64,000 bases of DNA, taken from positions 1,303 to 65,302 of the forward strand of contig JAKAKZ010000002.1 of NCBI GenBank assembly GCA_021824285.1, given 5' to 3'. The notes under the pieces were generated by a model. That model was not told the DNA's origin and did no database searches. It worked only from the letters and a program-made list of their open reading frames with translations. The first letter of the stretch is position 1. Each line of letters starts with the position of its first letter. Positions 9,145 to 17,195 of the stretch are shown here, piece after piece. This DNA is from a bacterium. GTDB lineage: Bacteria > Patescibacteriota > Patescibacteriia > SG8-24. Position numbers and translations under genes: made by a program.

Positions 9145-9519
9145 ATGTCCAAAAAGCAGAGCCGGCGCACACGCCGGTTCGCCAGGAAACTGGCCAACCG
9201 CTGCATCACGCTGCTCGAATCGGGGAAATGGCGGGTCATGTACATCGACATGGACGGCCGGCCGGAGGTCTGTCTCCCCTACGGTCTGGACCACAAGGCC
9301 GTCGGAACCTGCGACTACGCGAAAAAGACCCTGTTCATCGATTTCCGGCGTGACGTCATCAGCACGCTGGTCCATGAACTGCTCCACGCGCGCTTCCCGG
9401 ACTGGCCGGAGAGCCTGGTGGCCGAGCGGGAAAAGACCGTCATGGAGTACCTGAGCCCGCGGCAGGCCCGCAAGCTGCATTTGGCCATGGGCCGGTGGCT
9501 GGCCGTTCCCGGCGAATAA
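9145..9519 (+). CDS. small HExxH-motif protein (putative minimal zinc metallopeptidase)
   Basis: LVHELLHARFPDWPE motif in a 124-aa basic protein. Convergent with the Ubl gene. Confidence 0.5.
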   Translation: MSKKQSRRTRRFARKLANRCITLLESGKWRVMYIDMDGRPEVCLPYGLDHKAVGTCDYAKKTLFIDFRRDVISTLVHELLHARFPDWPESLVAEREKTVMEYLSPRQARKLHLAMGRWLAVPGE

Positions 9520-9528
9520 GACGATTCA

Positions 9529-9556
9529 CCCGATGCCCTCTTGGGCATCTTTTTTT
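9529..9556. terminator. bidirectional rho-independent terminator (gatgccctcttgggcatc + T-run)
   Basis: Hairpin flanked by T-run on plus and A-run upstream. Sits between the convergent genes 9145..9519 and 9632..9889. Confidence 0.6.
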
Positions 9557-9631
9557 ATTTATGCCCGCGTCGCGGGAAATGAAAAACGGCCGCGCAAGAT
9601 GCGCGGCCGCGAAGTCCTTGATGCCCGGCGC

Positions 9632-9889
9632 TTACGAGCCCCGGGGGCGCTCGGCGACCTCCACCTTGGCCTGCCGCGCGCGGGCGTCCACCTGGTCGCC
9701 CTGCTCGACGCAGACGTCGAGCGAGGCCGGCTGGCCGTTCAGCAGGATGTCCTTGTTCTCCGCCGAGATGCCGGCGGCCTTGAGGACCTCCCCGAGCTTG
9801 GCGCCCGTCTTCTTGACCTCGACCGTCTTGGTCGTGGTCCGGCCCTGGGTGGGCACCACCGTGATCGAGACCTTCAGAGTACCTGCCAT
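9632..9889 (-). CDS. beta-grasp ubiquitin-like (ThiS/MoaD-like) small protein, noncanonical C-terminus
   Basis: AAGGAGA SD 6 nt upstream of ATG. 85 aa. KVSITVVP...ILLNGQPAS...VEQGDQV pattern as in ThiS/MoaD-like Ubls. Ends ...VAERPRGS, not GG. 27 nt downstream of the E1 gene. Confidence 0.5.
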   Translation of the reverse strand: MAGTLKVSITVVPTQGRTTTKTVEVKKTGAKLGEVLKAAGISAENKDILLNGQPASLDVCVEQGDQVDARARQAKVEVAERPRGS

Positions 9890-9916
9890 CGTCGTCTCCT
9901 TGGTTTACTGCGGGGT

Positions 9917-10567
9917 TCAGTCGGCGAGGAGCTTCATCTCCCCGGCCAACCACTTCAGGTGCCGCCTGGTCTTACCATAAGTCCAGACGTTGGTCAACGA
10001 CATGACCGCCAGGGCCGTCGCCATCTTGGCCACCGGATCGAGCCCGTGCTCGCCGCACATCGGCCGCAACGCGGCCTCATCCGGGTAGAGGAAGTGCTCG
10101 TAGTAGGCGATGTCGTCCTGGTCGGACGGATTCACCGCGAACACCGAGACCAGCTCGATGGCCACGCGGGTATCCACGAGGATGCCCACGTTCGGGTTCT
10201 GGCGCACGGCCTCCCAGATGAGGCGCCGGGCGGCCATCGAATCCACGCAGGCGACGACCGCGTCGCGGAGCGGTTCGCCTGCGTAACGGCGCTCCTCCGC
10301 GACGATGTCCAGACCGCTCTGCTCGCGGACGATCTCCGCGAGCGCCCGGACCTTGTAGACGCCGAGATCAGCCGGCCGGTAGGCCGACATGCAGATGTTG
10401 TGCGACTCCACGCAGTCGTGGTCGAACACGCGGAGCCGCTCCACTCCGATCTTGGCGAGTGAACAGACGACCTGGCTGCCGACCGAACCGGCGCCGATGA
10501 CGGTCACCGGGCGGGCCGCGGCCGGATCGAAGATGTTGTCCTGCTGCGAGCGGTTGAGCGCGGTCAT
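9917..10567 (-). CDS. E1-like ubiquitin-activating enzyme (ThiF/MoeB family)
   Basis: Rossmann VTVIGAGSVGSQV. ThiF motif DHDCVESHN. VVACVDSMAARR. Candidate catalytic Cys in LRPMCGEHG. Start ATG overlaps upstream stop (ATGA). Confidence 0.8.
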   Translation of the reverse strand: MTALNRSQQDNIFDPAAARPVTVIGAGSVGSQVVCSLAKIGVERLRVFDHDCVESHNICMSAYRPADLGVYKVRALAEIVREQSGLDIVAEERRYAGEPLRDAVVACVDSMAARRLIWEAVRQNPNVGILVDTRVAIELVSVFAVNPSDQDDIAYYEHFLYPDEAALRPMCGEHGLDPVAKMATALAVMSLTNVWTYGKTRRHLKWLAGEMKLLAD

Positions 10568-11982
10568 GACGCCACCTCCGAAGTCAGCTGTGTTGCCGGC
10601 GGTGCCGCTTCGGCCGACTGCGCCTCCACCGGCCATTCCTCGATCTTTACCTCGGCCGACTCGGGCGAGTAGCCGTCGCGCAGCCAGCGCACCATCAGGC
10701 GGAACAGGTCCGCGATGCGCAGTTCGCCGGCCGCTTTCGCGATGACATCCGACGCGTTGCCGTAGCACGGCACGCCGTCCTTGGCGATGTGCGGGTGCGG
10801 CACGCCCTTCGGGTGCCGCGGCGCCTCGCTCCAGACCGCAACCGCGCCGTATTTGCCCAACCGGACCGTGAAACTGCCCAGCTGGTAGCGGCGGCCATCG
10901 TGCGCGATGACGATCGGCTTGGTCACGAGATGCAGGCCGTCGTCCAGGAAACGCATGTCAGCCAGATCCTGGTCGGCCAGCAAGGCCGCGAAATCCTCCC
11001 GTGGCCGGAACTTCAGCGCCGTGGTGAACGCCGGCGAAGTGAACTGCGCCAGCATCGCCTCGTAGATGCGCTTCTGGCGGTACGCCTCGGCCTGCCGTTT
11101 CTGCAGTTCTGCGAGGGTCTCCTCGATCTTCGCCAGCTCGTCGCGGAAGTTCTTCTCCACATAACCGCTCCAGCCGGCGACCGTCGCGGCGAAGTCACGG
11201 CGCGTCGGCCGACGGTGCCCGTCATTCATGACGAGCGCCGCCTGCCGCGCCTCCCAAGACTTGGCCAGGAGCTTGGCAAAAATGAGGTCGCTCACGTGCT
11301 GGTAATAGTGGCTGACCACCGGCACGAGCAGGTAGAAGTTCAGGCCCAGGGCCTGCACCACCGGCTTGCCGGCCTCGTCTTTCACCACCAGGCCGCGGCC
11401 ATGCGTCGGTCCGTTGCAGACCACGGCGTGACCGTCCTTATGCGGACACAAGCCGAACAGCAGCGCTTCATAGCGGCTGTTGGCGTCGCCGGGCGGCGTC
11501 GCGTTGGCGAAGAAGTGCGCGGTCGTGCCGTCGTCGGGGAACGGCGCGCGGACCGATCCGCCGCCGAGATGCACCGCTGCCTTCAGTCCGGTCAGCCGGC
11601 TGAACAGCTCAAGCGCCGGTTGGTAATAGCGCATGATGCGGCGGCGCTTTTCCAGCTCCGCCGGGTCGAGCTTATCGCCGTAATTGACCGTGGCCTTCTG
11701 GGGCGGCGGCAGGACAAGCGTCACGAGCCGGTCGCGGATCGTGCCCTTGAAAAGGCTTTTCCGCTCGACCGGGATCTTCAGGACCGAAGCCGCCCTGACG
11801 GCATCTAACGCCCCGAAAGGCGTGGCGTTGCCGAAGAGCAGGACATCGATGAAATAATCCTGTATCGCCAGGCGCGCTTTCCGGCCCTTGAGTCCGTGCG
11901 CGGCCAGCTCCGCTACCTTGCCAGCGGCCGCGTAAGCCGGGAAGGCCAGCGGACCGCGGTACTGCTCGGAACTTTTTTTCAT
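10564..11982 (-). CDS. 472-aa protein with C-terminal UBC-like E2 domain fused to an unknown ~380-aa N-terminal domain
   Basis: AAGGAGAGA SD then ATG at 11982 (MKKSSEQ). C-terminus ...AVAVWSEAPRHPKGVPHPHIAKDGVPCYGNASD has the same HPx-I-x3-G-x2-C spacing as the eukaryotic E2 HPN-loop and catalytic Cys (UbcH5 HPNINSNGSIC). N-terminal region has no recognisable motifs. Confidence 0.6.
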   Translation of the reverse strand: MKKSSEQYRGPLAFPAYAAAGKVAELAAHGLKGRKARLAIQDYFIDVLLFGNATPFGALDAVRAASVLKIPVERKSLFKGTIRDRLVTLVLPPPQKATVNYGDKLDPAELEKRRRIMRYYQPALELFSRLTGLKAAVHLGGGSVRAPFPDDGTTAHFFANATPPGDANSRYEALLFGLCPHKDGHAVVCNGPTHGRGLVVKDEAGKPVVQALGLNFYLLVPVVSHYYQHVSDLIFAKLLAKSWEARQAALVMNDGHRRPTRRDFAATVAGWSGYVEKNFRDELAKIEETLAELQKRQAEAYRQKRIYEAMLAQFTSPAFTTALKFRPREDFAALLADQDLADMRFLDDGLHLVTKPIVIAHDGRRYQLGSFTVRLGKYGAVAVWSEAPRHPKGVPHPHIAKDGVPCYGNASDVIAKAAGELRIADLFRLMVRWLRDGYSPESAEVKIEEWPVEAQSAEAAPPATQLTSEVAS

Positions 11983-12090
11983 TCGTCTCTCCTTGATTTT
12001 CAAGCAGCGGCCGCCATTCCAGGCGGACGCGCGACCTTAACACAAGGCGCCTGCTTTTTCAAGACCCTAAACGGCGGGGAAGATCGCGCG

Positions 12091-12118
12091 ACAAAAAAAC
12101 GCGCCTGCAGCGGCGCGT
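12091..12118 (-). terminator. rho-independent terminator after wHTH gene
   Basis: cgcgcctgcagcggcgcg hairpin with T-run on minus strand. Confidence 0.5.
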
Positions 12119-12119
12119 T

Positions 12120-12617
12120 TCAACGAAGTTCGAACCGTCCTTCCGTGAGCCGAATCGCCTTCCGACGGGCCAGACGACGACAGACATCCCATGCCTGCGC
12201 CGTCGGCATCTGAAGCAACGAGGCGGCCTCCGGAACAGTGAGCGAGGAAGCCAGCCGCAGGCCAAGATACTGGCCGTTCCGGAAACGCTTGGCCAGGTCG
12301 AGCATGGCGTCGTCCGGTCCCAGGGCCAGCCAATCGCGGCAGCAGTCCCGCGCCAGCCTCAGCCGGGTGTCCGCCATGACCGACTCCTTGGCCGCGCACG
12401 GCACGCCGGGGCTGACCTTCCGCCAGGCGAGCCGCGCGGACCGCCCGGTCCAGACAGTCTCGAAATCGCACTCGCAGAGCAGGTGGAAATCGGCGATGCC
12501 CGCCTGCTGGTTCTCCAGGCGTACGTGAAACACGGCGTGGCCGCGACGGGTCCAGCGGCACAGAACGCGGACGCGGCAGTTGCCGATGGCAACGCCGTCC
12601 TTCAGGTTGAGGGGCAT
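12120..12617 (-). CDS. hypothetical protein with C-terminal winged-helix/HTH-like region
   Basis: AGGAG SD 6 nt upstream of ATG (MPLNLKDG). C-terminal LTVPEAASLLQMPTAQAWDVCRRLARRKAIR resembles HTH recognition helix region. Own terminator. Directly upstream of the E2/E1/Ubl operon. Confidence 0.45.
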   Translation of the reverse strand: MPLNLKDGVAIGNCRVRVLCRWTRRGHAVFHVRLENQQAGIADFHLLCECDFETVWTGRSARLAWRKVSPGVPCAAKESVMADTRLRLARDCCRDWLALGPDDAMLDLAKRFRNGQYLGLRLASSLTVPEAASLLQMPTAQAWDVCRRLARRKAIRLTEGRFELR

Positions 12618-12744
12618 CACGGCTCCTGCGGTAAAAGGGCTGACGCCAATATAGCCGACGGTCGGCTGCGGTCAAGCGGCGGCCTCGACCGGCAGCGCCG
12701 TTCCATGTTAAACTTTCTTCAAGAATCAACCTAATCATAATCAT

Positions 12745-13065
12745 ATGGGCAAGAAAGGACTGGTCACCGGACTAGCGGCCGGAGCGCTGCTCGGCGCGGT
12801 CGCGGCGCTCGTCATGAAGATGAGCGACAAGGAGCGCTCGGCGAAGATGAAGGCCGTGGAGAAGGCGGCCAAGGACATCTCGAAGAAAGTCGTGAAACAC
12901 GCCAAGACCCTCGGCCAGGTCTCCAAGTCCGCCTACCACCAGATCGTGGACACCACGGTCGCGGAATACGGCGGCGCCAAGTCGCTTTCCGCGAGCGACC
13001 TGTCCGCGCTCAAGAAGGAGCTCAAAGCCGACTGGCAGCGGCTGTCGAAGATCCTGAAGGGCTGA
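12745..13065 (+). CDS. small Lys-rich membrane-anchored protein (YtxH-like)
   Basis: N-terminal TM (LVTGLAAGALLGAVAALV) then K/A-rich helical region. Confidence 0.5.
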   Translation: MGKKGLVTGLAAGALLGAVAALVMKMSDKERSAKMKAVEKAAKDISKKVVKHAKTLGQVSKSAYHQIVDTTVAEYGGAKSLSASDLSALKKELKADWQRLSKILKG

Positions 13066-13118
13066 CCGGCGGCTCAAAAGTTCGGGGTTGCCCCGCCCGC
13101 CATCTTCAGTCAAAGAAA

Positions 13119-13150
13119 GCGGGGTCCCGCCTAAAGAGGCGGGAAAAGTT
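13119..13150. repeat. palindromic intergenic repeat GGCGGGGTCCCGCC-N-GGCGGGAAAAG (copy 3)
   Basis: gcggggtcccgcctaaagaggcgggaaaagtt, near-identical to 2647..2682. Confidence 0.7.
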
Positions 13151-13163
13151 GAAAGTTACCGCA

Positions 13164-13190
13164 AAAATCGCGCCTTCTGGCGCGATTTTT
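13164..13190. terminator. conserved hairpin aaaaatcgcgcc-ttct-ggcgcgattttt (bidirectional terminator-like, family copy 1)
   Basis: Perfect 8-bp GC stem flanked by A-run and T-run. Same stem sequence at 24536 and 47931. Confidence 0.6.
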
Positions 13191-13238
13191 CATTCTCCAG
13201 ATTCCAACCCCGACGGTTACCCCGCTACCTGATTTATA

Positions 13239-14777
13239 TTATTTCTCTCCGCCATGCATGGCCCTAATGAACGCGATGGCCTGCTCATGGTCGTTAACCT
13301 GACCGTTGAGCTGCGCCTCGTGCAGCTCGGCCAGAAAATGGCCGACTTCCGGGCCGGGCCCCGCTCCCGTGATCGCCATCACATCTTCTCCGGAGGCCAA
13401 TCGGGACGGCTTGGCGGCCGCTGCGCCGAATTCCCGCTCCAAGGCCGTGACTGCGGCCAGCGTGGTCTTGAGATTAGTGAGATCTGGCCGGCCATTCTCC
13501 GGGATGCTGGCCGAGGCGTCGGCGAAAGCCAGATGGAGCAGCTCGCGCCCGAGAGTCCGGTCGGCCAGAAAATGCCGCGCCAGGGTGGACTTGCGGGCGT
13601 TGACCGCATCGATCATGTTCGGAAAAAGGTGCAGCCGGACCAGCTCCGCCAGGCGCTGTGTCTCGACCGCCAGCCCATCGACTGAGGAAAATTTCAATCT
13701 ATTGGCGATCTGCCGGGCCGTCTCCGCGCCACGCTCGGGATGCCCGTAGAAGGTCGCCTTGTCGCCGTTCCAGGCCGCGGTCTGCGGCTTGGCGATGTCG
13801 TGGAGCAGGACCGCCATGATCGCCTCTGGGGTCGGCCGCTCGCCAGGGAAGAAAGCGGCGAATTCCGGCGATACGAGATTGGCGACCGCCAGCTTCGTAT
13901 GAGTCCAGACGTCGCCCTCGCTATGGTGGTTCTTCGGCTGACGGCAGCCGCGCAGCGGCAGAAGCTCGGGGATCAGCCGGAAAAGCACGCCGCTCTCCTC
14001 GAACAGGTCGAGCGCGCGGACCGGCTCGGCGGCGAGCGCCTTCAGGAATTCCTTGGAGGCCGTTTCATACGGGACGACCCGCTCCTCTCGGGTGCCGATT
14101 GCGCGCACGTCATCAAGGTGCGGCATGACGCGCACCAGTGCCTCCCAGGTCTGCGGTTCTATCTGAAATCCGAGTTGACAGGCAAAACGGATGGCGCGCA
14201 GCATGCGGGAATAGTCCTCCTGGAACCGTTCGGCCGGCACGCCGACCGCCCGGATGACTCGGTGCCGCAGATCGTCCAGGCCATGGAACGGGTCCGTGAC
14301 CAGCCCGGCGCGCAGGTCGAAGGCGATGGCGTTCACGCTGAAATCGCGGCGCGCCAGATCGCGTTCAATGCTCAATGCCGAATCGGCCTGTACGCGAAAA
14401 TCGCGGTAGCCACCGCTCTTGCCGGCTATTTCCGTCCGCGGCCAGGCGACGTCCACGGCTCCGTCGCCCGGCAGCCGATCACCGGCGGTATATTTGAGCA
14501 CGCCAAAATTGCGGCCGACCAGATCCACCCGTCCGGTCTCACCGAGCGCGGCGGACAGCTCGTCAAGATCGACCTGCCGCACCACCAAGTCGAAATCCTT
14601 CGTGGAACGGCCCAGTATCGCGTCGCGCACCGCACCGCCGACAACGTAGAATGAAGCCTGGGGGAACCGCTTGCTCAAGGGCTTAAGGAACGCCAACTGG
14701 CGCTCGCCCGCGAAATACGCGGCCAAATAGCGCTCCAGATCTTCCTTGTTCAACCGCTGAATGTCTTCTGGCTTCAT
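13239..14777 (-). CDS. cca: CCA-adding tRNA nucleotidyltransferase with C-terminal HD domain
   Basis: YVVGGAVRDAILGRSTKDFDLVV class II nucleotidyltransferase head. HD motif LLHDIAKP. Start uncertain (14777 vs upstream 14909). Confidence 0.8.
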   Translation of the reverse strand: MKPEDIQRLNKEDLERYLAAYFAGERQLAFLKPLSKRFPQASFYVVGGAVRDAILGRSTKDFDLVVRQVDLDELSAALGETGRVDLVGRNFGVLKYTAGDRLPGDGAVDVAWPRTEIAGKSGGYRDFRVQADSALSIERDLARRDFSVNAIAFDLRAGLVTDPFHGLDDLRHRVIRAVGVPAERFQEDYSRMLRAIRFACQLGFQIEPQTWEALVRVMPHLDDVRAIGTREERVVPYETASKEFLKALAAEPVRALDLFEESGVLFRLIPELLPLRGCRQPKNHHSEGDVWTHTKLAVANLVSPEFAAFFPGERPTPEAIMAVLLHDIAKPQTAAWNGDKATFYGHPERGAETARQIANRLKFSSVDGLAVETQRLAELVRLHLFPNMIDAVNARKSTLARHFLADRTLGRELLHLAFADASASIPENGRPDLTNLKTTLAAVTALEREFGAAAAKPSRLASGEDVMAITGAGPGPEVGHFLAELHEAQLNGQVNDHEQAIAFIRAMHGGEK

Positions 14778-14963
14778 ATTATTATAGCTGCCATCAGAAT
14801 ATCGCAGGGTGGCGTACTGGGGCAAATCTGATCGGACGGTCGAGAGTCCAAAGTTGAGAGTTGAAAGCAATAGCCGCCGACTCGCAACTTTCAACCGACC
14901 GATTGACACTCCGCGCGATTTCCCCTACGTTCCAGCCAACGACAGCCCAGGAGGCTCTTTCCA

Positions 14964-15827
14964 ATGCGCGACCGTAAATGCGAAAAGCGGGCCGAAGCAG
15001 CGGCCAAAAAGATCAACCAGCGTCTCGTCACGCGCGGCACCAAAATCGGCATCGTGCTCGGCACGGGCTGGGGCGACCTTCTCCCCCTGGAGCGGAAGCG
15101 CGAACTGGAGTTCGCGGAAATCCCCGGTTTCACCGAGCTGCGCGAGCTGCCGGGCCACGCCCGCCGCGTCGCGGCCGGCGAAGTCGGCGGGGTTCCGGTC
15201 GTGGCGCTCCGCGGCCGGATCCACCTGAACGAGGCCCCGGTCAGCCGCCGCCTCGCCGAAATGGCCCGTCTGCAGATCGAGATGCTGCTCAAGACCGGCG
15301 TCGACACGCTCATCCTGACCTGCGCGGCCGGTTCCGTGAACTACCCGCCGGGCATCGGCGACGTCTGCGTCGTGGACGGATTCGTCACCCTTTTCGCGCC
15401 GGAAATGCCGCTCTACGCCGGCGAGTTCTGCTCGCCGGAGGACACGCTCGACCGCGGCCTGCTCCAGCTGGCGCTCGAGGCCGGCCGGCAGATACCGCTC
15501 GACCGCCGCGACGTGCCGCAGGGCGAGAGACCGTTCGTCTGCCGCGGCGGCCACGCCATGGTGCGCGGTCCCTTCTTCGAAGGGCGCCGCTACGACAAGA
15601 ACTTTCTGGCGCAGACCGGCGCCCGCGTCGTCGGCATGAGCGTCCTCCCCGAGGCCTGCGTGGCCGCGCTCTATCCAGGCACGCGAGTGCTGGCCCTGGC
15701 CTTCGTGACCAACGGCCCGTCGGAAGTCCACTCGCACGAGGAGAACCTCGCGCGGTCCAAGGCCGCGGCCGCCACGCTCGGCGGCTACCTGCAGGACATC
15801 ATCACGAAAATCAAGTCAACTTCCTGA
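14964..15827 (+). CDS. purine nucleoside phosphorylase (PNP/MTAP family)
   Basis: GGAGG SD. IGIVLGTGWG and VVGMSVLPEA motifs typical of PNP family. Confidence 0.8.
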   Translation: MRDRKCEKRAEAAAKKINQRLVTRGTKIGIVLGTGWGDLLPLERKRELEFAEIPGFTELRELPGHARRVAAGEVGGVPVVALRGRIHLNEAPVSRRLAEMARLQIEMLLKTGVDTLILTCAAGSVNYPPGIGDVCVVDGFVTLFAPEMPLYAGEFCSPEDTLDRGLLQLALEAGRQIPLDRRDVPQGERPFVCRGGHAMVRGPFFEGRRYDKNFLAQTGARVVGMSVLPEACVAALYPGTRVLALAFVTNGPSEVHSHEENLARSKAAAATLGGYLQDIITKIKSTS

Positions 15828-15875
15828 CGCGCTACGGCGCGTCTTTTTAGTCCCTGGCGGCAGGTTCCGACAGTA

Positions 15876-15906
15876 TTGACTACATGCAAATCGATTTGCA
15901 ATAATA
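15876..15906 (+). promoter_or_regulatory. zur promoter with perfect 16-bp palindrome TGCAAATCGATTTGCA (putative Zur box) between -35 TTGACT and -10 ATAATA
   Basis: Palindrome at 15885-15900. The -10 is only about 8 nt from the zur ATG, suggesting a leaderless transcript. Confidence 0.5.
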
Positions 15907-15913
15907 CCTCCAT

Positions 15914-16279
15914 ATGACCGCCGCGGAACTGAAGACCAGCCTGAAAAAAAGCGGTTTGCGCTCCACCAAGGACCGCTGCCGGATCCTGGAGCGCTTCGCC
16001 GAACAGCGCACCTGGACCGTGCCGGAGCTTTACCAGACGCTCCGCTCCATGGACCTCTCGACCGTCTACCGCAACGTCCAGAAGCTGGCGGACAGCGGGC
16101 TGCTCGCCGTAGCCCACCTGCATGACCGCCAGCCGCACTACGAGCTGACCGACCGCTCCCACCACGCCCACCTGATCTGCGAACGCTGCCGGACCGCGGA
16201 GTGCGTCCCCTGCCCGATCGACCGGCTCGGCACGCGGCACGAACTCGAACTCAAGGGCCTCTGTTCGGCCTGCAGTTAA
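15914..16279 (+). CDS. zur: Fur-family transcriptional regulator (zinc uptake regulator Zur-like)
   Basis: Fur-family DNA-binding helix and C-terminal CxxC...CxxC. Immediately upstream of znuACB. Confidence 0.8.
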   Translation: MTAAELKTSLKKSGLRSTKDRCRILERFAEQRTWTVPELYQTLRSMDLSTVYRNVQKLADSGLLAVAHLHDRQPHYELTDRSHHAHLICERCRTAECVPCPIDRLGTRHELELKGLCSACS

Positions 16280-16301
16280 CATAACTATCCCGCACCAAGA
16301 C

Positions 16302-17195
16302 ATGAACACCAGCAAAACGGCTGTCGCCGGCCTCGTGGCCTTCGTTGCGCTCGCCGCTCTGGCGATCGCGATCGCCCTGCGGCCGACCGGCCTCCCAGTC
16401 CCATCCGCCGCCGAACGGAAGGTCGCGGCCACGATCTTCCCGCTCTACGACATCGCGCGCCACCTGACCGGCGAGGGAATCGAGGTGGTGCTGGTCACGC
16501 CGCCCGGGGCGAATCCGCATACCTTCGAACCGAAACCGTCACTCATCCGCGACCTGCGCGGCGCAGTCTCGCTTTACGCCATCGGTCACGGGCTGGACGA
16601 TTGGATCGACCCGGTGCTGGCCGCCGAACCGAGCATGAAAAAAATTGTCGTGGACCGGGGCATCAGCCTGCTCGACTCCACGGAAGACGAGGGAACTGAC
16701 CCGCACTACTGGCTTGATGCCCAAAACGGACTTCTGATCGCCGAAACCATCGCGGCCGACCTGACGCTCTCCTTCCCCGACCGGTCGGAGGAAATACGCC
16801 GCAATCTGGCCGCCTATGAGGATGCGCTTCGCGCCGCCGACACGGAAATCAGAAAAGAGCTCGAACCGCTGGCGAAGCGCGACCTGGTGACGCTCCATGA
16901 CGCCTGGTACTACTTCGCCGAAGCCTATGGCCTCCACGTGATCGGCTCGTTCGAGCCGTCGCCGGGACGCCAGCCGTCGCCGCAGTATATCGCCGCCCTA
17001 CGCAACGCCATCCGCCTCAGCGGCACCAAAACCGTGTATACTGAACCGCAGATATCCGCTTCCGGACTGCAATCCTTTATCCAAGATAACGGCCTGCGGC
17101 TCGTCGAGCTCGATCCCTTCGGCGGGATCGGCAATCGCCAAAGCTATATCGCCGTCTTACGCTACAATGCCGAATTCATCCTCCACAACCAATAA
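16302..17195 (+). CDS. znuA: zinc/metal ABC transporter substrate-binding protein (ZnuA/TroA-like)
   Basis: Signal peptide. ATIFPLYDIARHL...PHTFEPKP...HYWLD typical of cluster-9 SBPs. Confidence 0.8.
   Translation: MNTSKTAVAGLVAFVALAALAIAIALRPTGLPVPSAAERKVAATIFPLYDIARHLTGEGIEVVLVTPPGANPHTFEPKPSLIRDLRGAVSLYAIGHGLDDWIDPVLAAEPSMKKIVVDRGISLLDSTEDEGTDPHYWLDAQNGLLIAETIAADLTLSFPDRSEEIRRNLAAYEDALRAADTEIRKELEPLAKRDLVTLHDAWYYFAEAYGLHVIGSFEPSPGRQPSPQYIAALRNAIRLSGTKTVYTEPQISASGLQSFIQDNGLRLVELDPFGGIGNRQSYIAVLRYNAEFILHNQ

Noticed and set aside
9533-11808. Plus-strand ORFs (309 aa, 339 aa) antisense to the E1 and E2-fusion genes
   Set aside because: Low-complexity Arg/Asp-rich translations. Minus-strand genes have SDs, ATGA coupling and recognisable E1/E2 motifs.
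12120-12617. JAB/MPN deubiquitinase candidate upstream of the Ubl operon
   Set aside because: No JAMM motif (E...HxHx7Sx2D) in this or any neighbouring ORF. The protein instead ends in an HTH-like segment.
14925-15737. 270-aa minus-strand ORF antisense to the purine nucleoside phosphorylase gene
   Set aside because: Shadow ORF. PNP on plus strand has GGAGG SD and family motifs.
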